Shown one piece after another: positions 54,073-64,000 of a DNA stretch of 64,000 nt. Each line of letters starts with the position of its first letter. Within the stretch, counting starts at the first letter, position 1. Position numbers and translations under genes: made by a program. Source of the DNA: Lingula anatina (lineage: Eukaryota; Animalia; Brachiopoda); contig CM120643.1 of assembly GCA_051362555.1 (NCBI GenBank), positions 24,556,848 through 24,620,847 of the forward strand, read 5' to 3'. The notes beneath the pieces are model-generated. The model searched no databases and was not told where the DNA came from. It saw nothing but the letters and a program-made list of their open reading frames with translations.

Positions 54073-55864
54073 CTATTTACTACAGACAACACAGGCCAGT
54101 TCTCTTCCATCCACATATGGTGGACAGGGGAGGGTACCACATTTAACTTCATCAGTATGGAACAAAGCACCATTTTTGTTCTCCTGGCCCCCAGCTACTA
54201 GTTCTGGAGCTTCATCAAGGCAGACAAACTCTGTTCTCTGGTATTTATCATATTCTGATACTAGGTATCCATTGTACTCTGTTGTCCACCCAGCTGGACA
54301 TGTCTTCTTGGCTGGTATCATCACATGACTGGGGCGTGTTTGGGTGTAGCATACAGCACAGGGGGCATCATGCTGACCAGGATTCTGGCCTCCTGTATTG
54401 GTTGTTGAAAATATGTTTGAGTAAATCCTCTCATATTCCACACCATGTATGTAAGAACCAGTACCTTGCCCTCCATCTTGGTATCTCCCCCACTCTGGTG
54501 TCTGTGGCAAACACAGGTAATTACTGCCTCCTCCAGTTTGGGTCCAGTAAGTTCCGGCTGATATCCCTGAAAAAGTCCATAAATTTTTCATTGTCATAGG
54601 GGCCAAAATTGAAAAGAAAACTTAAGTACAAGTGATTTACTTATCTTTGGACACATGTTTATAAAAGGCATGTGTTTCAAGTATTTACCTGCATACAAAA
54701 GCTGTGAATGTGCTGCACAGGTTGTTCTGCCCCAACGTGTGTAAACTGCTCCACCTTGACTGGTAGTGACTGGTAGACCTGAAAACACACATTAAACCTA
54801 TGAGTCAAATTGTAAACACTGCTCCAACTCCAACCTTGTGGACCCTGAGGACCTTGTGGGCAGCAAAGACTGCCAACCAAAAGTGGAGTTATCAGTTGGT
54901 TCTGTTTAGGATGTGCTTACTTCAATTTGAACTTCAAATATCTACCACAGCAAAAGCTGTAAAATGCAGAGCTGCTTTCATTTTGTCATATGTACATGAA
55001 ATCAGTTCAGTTATTCTCTTTTTTAGATACTGAGCTTGTTAGTTACATAACCAATGCTAGTAATCTCCTACTATATACTGTTGACCCATGCAGCATCTTA
55101 CATATGACCCAAGATTAAATATTATACTCACGGCTGCCAAGTACTTGTCTTTTGGTTAAGTAATGGGTTTTGTTATCATCATCATTTGAGTACTGGAAGG
55201 TAGGGTTTTCAGTGTTTGATGTCAGTTCTTGCAGTTTAAGGCTAATTTCCTGTATCTTGACCTGAAATTAGGTATCTTTATATCTGTAGATTATAAATTT
55301 AAAGATATTCATGAGCATCTCTTTTCAGACTCTACTATTTCTTATTTTATAATAAAATCTTAAATTTTTTGCTATTTTCAAAATTCTGCAACGATGAAAT
55401 CATCTTGATTAAGATTTTTTATTGCAATTCAGTAAGCAGTCTCTGTTCTCATTTGTTTCTGACAGTTGAAATTCATGCTAGGATTAAGATATCCTTTATA
55501 CACATATACACACACACACAGCTAGAGCAATATTATATAATTATACAATAAGAACGTATATAGCTCTAGCTCTGTTGCCTATGTTTTCTACCTTCAAGTT
55601 CTCATTTTCCCTTTTGATTGTGTGAACATCTGCTTCCAATTTCTTCAACTTGGAAATTTCTACTTTAAACCTGCTATTTTCCTCCCTCAGCATTTGGCTT
55701 CCATGTTTTAGTTGGATTATCTCTTGTTCTTGTCTGTCTAGTCTTTCAACCAGTTTCATCAATGCATCATCACTGACTTCAACATGTTGTGCATTTGGTG
55801 TCATTGCTGTCATAACAACAGCAGTTATAATGAGAAACATACTCTTCACCATGGTGTATGCCAT
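54073..55864 (-). CDS. Paralogue A4: predicted collagen-less form (signal, coiled coil, KR|Q, NC1)
   Basis: Exons 55592-55864, 55132-55261, 54689-54778, 54073-54566 join in frame. The collagen exon is only a remnant with a mutated acceptor (about 54835-54877). Confidence 0.65.
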
Positions 55865-57138
55865 TACAGTGATATGTCTATGTAATGTATCACCCTATTC
55901 TGGGTCCCTGATGTTAAGCTTAAATATGATAAGTTGATGTTTATATAAAGAGATCTTCAGTAGTTTGTTTGACACATTTTGATAAAGCTTTAAACTGTGA
56001 ACTTCCAAGGTGATCTTTTTAATGTATATCCCTAATCCAAACGTGTTGTACATAATAACATGTTGAATAATTACATAATTGTATTAAAATAAAGAAAGAA
56101 AGAGAAAATATAACAAAAATTCTGCTCTTCAAAAGTTACTTTATTTACTATGCAGACACAAATCAACTAATCAAAAGCATTTTATTGTAATTGGTATCTT
56201 TAATTCAATATTCATGAATTAACCAAAAACCTACAGAATAGATGTATTTTATATCATTTAAAATTTTTTGCTTACTTAACTAATTTGCTGCTGAAAATTG
56301 AATAGGCATTGCCTATGGTACAAAGCCAAATAAAAATGGAACACATGTATCTTTTGATTAGTAAATTAGTAATATTGTAGGAAATAACACATTTAAGTTC
56401 ATCAAAGGCTATTCCTAAGGTCATTTTATCAAAAATTAGCAAAAACAGGCCATCTTTCTCGGATCCTACTCACAGATTATTATTATATTCATTCAACATA
56501 TATATTAACTGTTTAGTACTGACAGCACACCTTATGGTCATTTTTAAGTGTCAATATTATGAACCACATTTAATCTTCTGCACTATTTAGTACAGACAAC
56601 ACAGGCCAGTTCTCTTCCATCCACATATGGTGGACAGGGGAGAGAACCACACTTAGCTTCAGCAGTGTAGAACAAGGCACCGTTTTTGTCCTCATGGCCT
56701 CCAGCTACCACTTCTGGAGCTTCATCAAGGCAGACAAACTCTGTTTTATGGTTACCATCATGATCTGATACCAGGTATCCAATGTACTCTGTTGTCCACC
56801 CAGCTGGACATGTCTTCTTGGCTGGTACCATCACATGACTGGGACGTGTTTGGGTGAAGCATACAGCACAGGGGGCATCATGCTGAATAAATTCCTGACC
56901 TCCTGTATTGGTTGTTGAAAATATATTAGTCCTGACATTCTGATATTCCACACCATGTATGTAAGAACCTAAATCTTGCCCTCCATCTTGGTATTTCCCC
57001 CACTCTGGTGTCTGTGGCAAACACAGGTAATTACTGCCTCCTCCAACTTTGTTGTAGTAGGTTCCAGCAGATATCCCTGATATAAAATTATAAAAGCCAT
57101 TTTTAAAGATTTTACTCATAACCATAGATGTCAAATTC

Positions 57139-57216
<78 letters not shown>

Positions 57217-57280
57217 CAAAAATTTGTATTATTATTATCGTTAAGATATAGTTATTATTATTTTGAATAGCACTTTACCT

Positions 57281-60200
57281 AGTTTATTTAACTGTATTTG
57301 AGGCCTACAGGCCAAGTGTACATCAACTGAGTTCTATTTATAATAATACTGAGCTGACTAAACAGGAATATATATCATAAATGACACAAATCACACTAGT
57401 GGGCTTGATTTGGTCTTAAAGTGCAATTTAAGTTCACAAATAGTCTTACATGATCTTAAACCATGAGTAAGACCATTTCTAGTCTAACAGACAATTAAGT
57501 TGTCTCCCCTTACACGTTCTCCTATTGTGAGCAGAGGTGTTCTCTATTGTGAGGGGAGGTATCCCCCATTGTGAGGGGAGGAAACTGCTTGACCACATAA
57601 GTACTTGTAGGTGTTAGATCATTTTTAATCTTAAAAGCAGATTCAGTGCATTTTAAGACTACTGCTGTACTGATTAAGATCGTGTAAGATCACTTGTGAA
57701 CTTAAATTGCACTTAAAGACCAAATCCAGCCCACTAGTGTCACTTATCTAAAAAAACATCTCTTAATTCCTCAGCATGATATATGAAGGCCGCAAGTCTT
57801 TTTATAAAGTCAACATTATGTGATGACAGAGCAGTCGCTAGTGACAATGTTGTAATCTCGGGAATATAGCGTTCCCTCAGATGGCTATATAAACTACATG
57901 ACATTAACACGTTCCTCATTCTCAATAATTGTTATGCCATCAGAAAGGCATGCAGCACATACTCTATTTTCCCCATCTACACTGGCATACCGACCCTTCT
58001 CAATCTGTAAATTGTGGTTTGATATTCTGAACTTGCAGTAGGCCCTTCTATGCTCTGCTATGGACACAAAAGATAAGTATTCCTCAAATACCAAATCTAG
58101 TTTTTATGAGCTGAAGGTCCTTAGCTTGCCTGATTCGCGTACTGAGAAATACAAATTCTGCTTGCTTATATCCATTAATCATTGTCTAAACTGTTCTGTA
58201 AAATTTAAGTCCCACATTTCCACATCCTTGGTTTTCCCATACTACTCCAAATCCATATGAATACGTATAAAAGATGCTTGATGTCACTCGCCCATGTTTG
58301 CCTCCCACTACTATCTAAGTCAAATAGTAACTTGTAGCATGATTTCGGTAGCCTACCATCATCCATACACAAAAGCTTGAACCAATACTTAATACATTTG
58401 ACATGATAATCTATGTATAGAGGGTAACGACCACATTCCCCAAGAACTGCTTGTGTGCTTGCATTATCCGATACCATCAATAATCTTTTACAAAACTTAA
58501 CTTGAACATTCTCTATTGATTCGGATATTTCATTACCCCATATTTCTGCTCCATATGTAAGTATGGGTTTTATCATTGAATCAAATATCTTAAAACATAA
58601 GACGTGGGGCAAAGATCCCACATTTTTAAATAACCTGAAACATCTTCCATAGATTGCTTTGCTTGAGTTGATAAAGTTTGTTTTGCTTTGGACCAAGACA
58701 GCATTGGAGTAAACGTAATACCCAAGTACTTATAATGTGATACAGTCTCTAACTCCACACTGTCAAAAAACCATTTCTCGTAATGTCTAAGGTAACCACC
58801 ATTTCTGAAAACTATTACTTCGGTTTTATCAAAATTCACATTCATTTTCCAGCGTTTACAGAACAACGCTAAGTAATCTGAGAGTCTTTGCAGATTTCAC
58901 ACAGTTACAGCACAGTTTGCTAAGTCATCTGCATATAAAAGCGAGGTAATGTTCATGAACTCCAGATTTATATAAATACCTTGGCAGGAGAATTCTTCAT
59001 AAAGATAAATGAGATCAGTTATGAATAAGCAAAACAAAAACTGGCTGACCATGCATCCTTGCCTGGTACCAACACTACCGGTACATGTACATGAGAACGT
59101 TGATGTGTAACTTGATGTGTTTGGTAGCCTTATACAAGCTTGCAATTGTGCATACATAGACTTGAGAACACTGAGCATTTTGCCATGGATACCGTTTGCA
59201 CATATTTTAAACCAGAGGTACTGGTGATCCACGCAATCATCAAACATACAGTAAAATCTACCTCCCTTTTTCGACAAGTATTTTTGTATCATTGCTTGTA
59301 ATGAAAATATTTGGTCCTGTGTGCAATACCCTTTCCTAAAACCAGCCTGGCATTCACTGATAATATCCTCCCGAGTTGCCCAGGTATTTAATCTATTACT
59401 TAATAATTTAGTAAACACCTTGCCAACAACACTTAGTAATGATATGCCTCTGACGTTGTTTGGATCATTCGTGCTACTTTTTTATGCAAAGGAAAAATGA
59501 TGGCAACCGACCACGATTCAGGGAACTGTCCAGTGGAAAGAACACAATTAAATATATCACTCAAACACTGAATGCACGCATCGTTTGCATTTTTTAAGAA
59601 TTCACATGGAATGGCGTCCAGACCTGCCTCTTTACCATTCTTCATTTGTCTGATTACACTGCGAACTTCCTCAACTGTAATCACTTTATTCAATTTATAT
59701 GGTTTATTTTCGTCACAACAATCACAGTGTCCATTGTGCACTCTCAGACCTTCCATAACATCTTCATGAAAAACATCATCTATAACTGTGTTACCACTAT
59801 TCAATAACTCCTTAAAGTATTCATACCACTTCGTGGCAGAGATTTGTGTCTTTTGCGAGGTGTCCTAGTTAACTGTGCCACATTTGCCCAGAATGCCCTT
59901 GTATCATCTCAACTTTTAACAATTCTGCTTCTTGCCAGTTGCTGTTTGATATCCTTTTTTTTCACGACACGTCTGTCTGAACACTTTTTTTACTTTCTAT
60001 GTAGTCTTTAACAGTTGGCGCCGTTGGGTTTTTACGCATTTGATTTAACTTTCGATTCTTTACAGTCTGCATCCCACCAATCGGGTTGAGTTCTGTCCGC
60101 CTGTCGTCCGGTTTTGCCCTTAACCTTCATAGCTTCCGCAGCTCTGTAAAAGACTTGGTTAAGTAGCAATACAGACTCGTTTATGTTATTTTGCATTAAA

Positions 60201-60513
60201 TCAGAACACTGTTGAAGCATGTCTTTAGATATATTGTCGTCAAGAATATCTCTAAACTGGCTGGCTTTTGCAGCGTCCCATATAAACTGAAGCCCTTTTG
60301 TAACATTACTAGTCACGTTCTCATCCTCGTCCCCATCTGTGTGTGCCTCACATTGTATCACAAAAGACAAGGGGAAATGGTCCGAAAAGTCCATATCCAA
60401 AACATCAAAGTCAAGAATGCTATCAAATATCTCTGAGTCTGCTATCACATAGTCAACTAAACTTGCACCATTAATTGGTTGTAACATCGTTGTCAGTAAT
60501 ATAGTACAATAAT
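57281..60513 (-). mobile_element. 5'-truncated, frameshifted LINE (APE-RT-CCHC; possibly RTE-X, clade uncertain)
   Basis: APE end (SLVDYVI..SDHFP), RT (QAGFRKG, GTRQGC, LLYADD, YKYLG), C-terminal FRISNHNLQIEKGRY..C..C. 14-bp TSD ATAGCACTTTACCT (57267-57280 and 60514-60527). Confidence 0.9.
57393..57739. mobile_element. MITE inside the LINE 3' end
   Basis: About 68-bp TIRs ACACTAGTGGGCT..TTTGGTC..AAGTGCAATTTAAGTTCACAA. Confidence 0.8.
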
Positions 60514-62855
60514 ATAGCACTTTACCTTTGTACAAAAGCTTTGAATGTGTTGAACAAGTTGTTCTGCCCCAACGTGTGTAAACTGCCCCACCATGGCTGG
60601 TATTGGCTGGTAGGCCTGAAAACACACGTGCATTAAACCTAGAGAAACATATTGGACTGGTAAACACTGCCTCACAATGGCTGATATTGCTCATACACCA
60701 GATACCATATGAAAACTTACACTTTCAGAACAGACACATTAATGATCAACTTACTAGTAATGTTGCACAATCTTTATCCAGTTAATAGCTGTCTTTTAAC
60801 TAAAAAAAGTAAAACATTAAAAGAAATGGATGAAAATCGAATTCACTAATGAAGTCCTAGTATCAAAGCAGTTAAAGTGTAGAATGTATTCCCAAACTAA
60901 AAGGAAGACATTCATGTAGTCAAAGCACCAGACAAACCTGTAGATGGCACCCCTATCTGAGCTCCAATTTGTCCCAGCATTTGTTTGAGGGTATCCAATG
61001 TTAGAGATCCTGGGTCCCCTTTAGGTCCAGGTGGTCCCTTAGAAAATTGAACAAAAATATTAGAATTGATATTAAACAAAGGAACATATATTATTACATA
61101 TTTAGTATAAACTGGTGCATTGTCAATATATTTCAAGAAGTGGATGTCTTGGTCTGTAGATTGCATTATACTCTAATTTTCAATCAAAATAAATATAAAT
61201 TTTTAATCATAATTTTGAATTACAAAACTTCTGAATATATAGCCACCATGCAAAATTTTACCTGTATTCCATCTTTACCATCTCTCCCAGGTAATCCCTG
61301 GGGTCCCTGAACACTGCTCCTTGAGGAGTTGACAACTGAAAAATAAATCTAAGTGATAATAATAATAATTTCTTTGGATAATGATTAAGTCTTCTGGAAA
61401 TCAATGTATTTCATAAACACACGTCACTTTGGACAGCTACCTCATCATTCACAAGGCATCATTCAGTCATCACAACTTTGGGCCAAGCATAGCCAAAAGG
61501 TGACCTCACCCAAAATCAATAAATGTATAATACTAAGTATAGTACAGGTAAATTGAAATATGAATTAGCATTTCATTTTGCTTCTGATATTTTACTGTTA
61601 CTACTTAGTGATTGTTCTTCATGGTTTTTGTCATATTTAAAAAGAAAGAAAAGGCATCATTTGATAAGACCTTATTTGGTAGCAAAATGTTTTCTGTTTT
61701 AAGCTATAATATATGGAGAGCAGGCCTACCATTACCTTGTAGTGTTGACTGATATCCAAGCAGTGCAATGATTTGCTTGAGACTGTCTACTGTTAAACCT
61801 GGGTTCTGTGGATTAATTTAAGATATTTGTAATAAAAAACAATGGAGTGTCCACATTTTGTCATTTCCCACAATGAGAACAAAAAAGGATAATGTTGAAA
61901 TTAAATTATATCTACATAAAAAAAATTATATATGATATTTACATTTTGCCTATAAATCATGTGTAACTCTTGATAACCAGTGACACATTCAATCACCAAC
62001 CTCTTACTCCTGTTTTCCTCAACAATACTCTTAAGCTTTAATGTCCGCCTCCAGGCACTCTTTTCTTGGCATATAGCAGTTCCTCTTGTTATATATTTAA
62101 GTTATTAAGTTACCGGTACTTGAATTTTCTAGGAACATAGAAAAGTTGTGATCTGTCTTAAGCACTTATATTAACACTATACATCTCTATAATGAAATTA
62201 ATAATGTATGTGTATATATAAACTTATTAGGATAAAGTATATTTGTTCATGCTTACATGAGTTGCTTTTTAGTTTCCAATGTACATCATGCAATTTAACA
62301 GACTATTTATGTCTCCTTGATCTAAGCCAATTTGAATATAACAACATGCAGATAAAGTAATGTAAAAAACCAAGTATGATGTTCGAAATTTGGCCGATAA
62401 GGGCCGCATTTATTGAAAGTCCCAAAGAAAAAGAAATGAAGCAGATTAATGATAAACACTGAATAGTGTTGACAAATGACATTTTAATTAACATTAATGT
62501 GTGCGCCTGAAATATCTACATTTAAAATATAATTTCCAAAGAAATAGTGCACACATTTCAATTTAAGGGGTATTTGTTTCAGTTCCAAAACTTTCTTGAA
62601 ATATTAACATCTTTGTTAATTTCTGTAGACTACCATTTTTTTCATAATGAGTAGTTCATTTAATAACATTTTTTTCTAGATTAAAAGAGTAATATTATAT
62701 TTCAACAAAAATATAAATAGTTGGAACATCCTATAGCTGGAAAATTCTATTCTTTCTTCAATTGACTCCACTGTATGATGCCTTTTTTTCTACTAAGTCC
62801 AAGACCTTTATCTTTGAGGTCTCATTTAGCTGAACATCATACATGGCCAAACACA

Positions 62856-63029
62856 GGCCCCATTCAGAATAGGGGACTAATTAGTCTGAGGGTCAAATAT
62901 GGCAAACCACAACAAAGCTTGTTGTCTTATCTGCTAACAGACACTGATAGATATCCCGTGGGGAAGTACTCAAGTGGGTCAGCCATATTTGACCCTCGGA
63001 CTAGTTAGTCCCCTATTCTGAATGGGACC
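62856..63029. mobile_element. MITE, duplicate of 44191-44365
   Basis: Same TIRs and same flanks. Confidence 0.72.
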
Positions 63030-63112
63030 ATAGACCACCTTAACTCAGCCACTTGTACAGAATATTTCATCTTTCCACATGTAAAAGAAATGTACATTTT
63101 GTGTCCTTGCAG

Positions 63113-63898
63113 ATGGAAATACAAGTTATTTGTCACCCCTAGTCGCCTGGTGATGCTGACAGGAGCAGCACTGGCAGGCACATGTGGCTTTATAGCTGGA
63201 ATAGTGGGTTTACTGCAGTGGAGAGAGAAGGTAATGGGTCAGAATTCTTATTTATATTATTTTATTTATTTTCATTATCAATATTTCACATTTATTTCAA
63301 TTTATTATAATTAATATGACTGTTCTCTTTTTCTTTGTTTCATGCATTAAGAATTATCATTTGCCTAAATTGCTTTCAAGAGTTCACTCCTTAATAACAT
63401 AGGTAACAAAAGAAGGCCATCACAGTTTACAGGTTGATTGAAATTTGGCAAAGTTATTGCTGCTTTGATTTACGACAAACCCAAATGAGATTATTTTTGA
63501 ATTCAAGTCTTGAATTGTGTTTTTATTTGTAATGATAAAGCATATTTTTTCCTTTGATTAAAAGGTAGTTTTTTTCTAAAGACCATAAGTATTTTTATTC
63601 ATGAGACATTTAGTCTCCTTAGAAATGACATATTTTTACATCAATTTTACAGATCTAGTTCACCACTATATTTTCATTGTAAAAATTTCATTGTAAAAGG
63701 TAGTTTTTTTCTAAAGATCAAAAGCATTTTTTATGCATGAGACATTTAATTTCCTTAGAAATTGCGTATTTTTACATCATTTTTACAGATCTGGTTCACC
63801 GCAATATTTTCATTGAAAAAATTATTATATCTTTTCAGAGAGAAGATCAGAAAGAAAAAAGACAAGAATCTCACAAATTTCATTTTGATGCCATGTAG
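63113..63898 (+). pseudogene. ITFG1: Orphan ITFG1 terminal exons, copy 3
   Basis: Exons 63113-63230 and 63839-63898 (…FHFDAM*, TAG). No upstream exons seen. Confidence 0.85.
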
Positions 63899-64000
63899 CA
63901 TGTAGAACACCCTTGCCTATGGCTCCTGGTGCTGAGGAACACTGGATATCCAGTTTCACTTTCATTTTAATGCAGTGACTGTAATGTACAGGATATGTAG

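Larger units (their letters stand above)
56583..61805 (-). pseudogene. Short-chain collagen paralogue B5, 5'-deleted, LINE in last intron
   Basis: Exons 61736-61805, 61262-61335, 60938-61037, 60526-60615, 56583-57076 are open. Exons 1-3 are missing; at about 61940 the sequence jumps to upstream-type sequence. Confidence 0.8.

Noticed and set aside
20231-54599. Recurrent plus-strand ORFs such as MSTQLDMSSWLVSSHDWG
   Set aside because: Antisense shadows of the conserved NC1 exon.
8424-60513. Diversity-generating retroelement (variable repeats near reverse transcriptases)
   Set aside because: The RTs are ordinary Gypsy, BEL and LINE types. Variation is not adenine-restricted by eye and no invariant template repeat is seen. 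The copies are whole intron-containing genes.

Overview
AT-rich, intron-containing animal genomic DNA, probably from a mollusc or other lophotrochozoan (inference). It is dominated by a minus-strand tandem array of ten paralogues of a secreted short-chain collagen C4 / spongin-like gene. The architecture is signal peptide, coiled coil, KR|Q dibasic site, short G-R/K-D collagen, amphipathic neck and a Cys-rich NC1 head. Five copies look intact with collagen exons, one may be an intact collagen-less form, and four are damaged. The eight NC1 exons share a near-invariant framework but have about six hypervariable, aromatic/charged patches shared between copies as a mosaic, which suggests a diversifying recognition-molecule family (collectin/C1q-like logic with a different head). 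Three orphan copies of the last two ITFG1 exons plus 3'UTR mark the duplication units. Mobile elements include a Ty3/Gypsy element (1-6003), a deleted BEL/Pao element with minisatellite LTRs (29673-35018) nested in an older LTR-like element, a 5'-truncated LINE (57281-60513) and many MITEs. TA-N-TA excision-footprint-like insertions occur repeatedly, several of them inside coding sequence. All exon coordinates were derived by eye.
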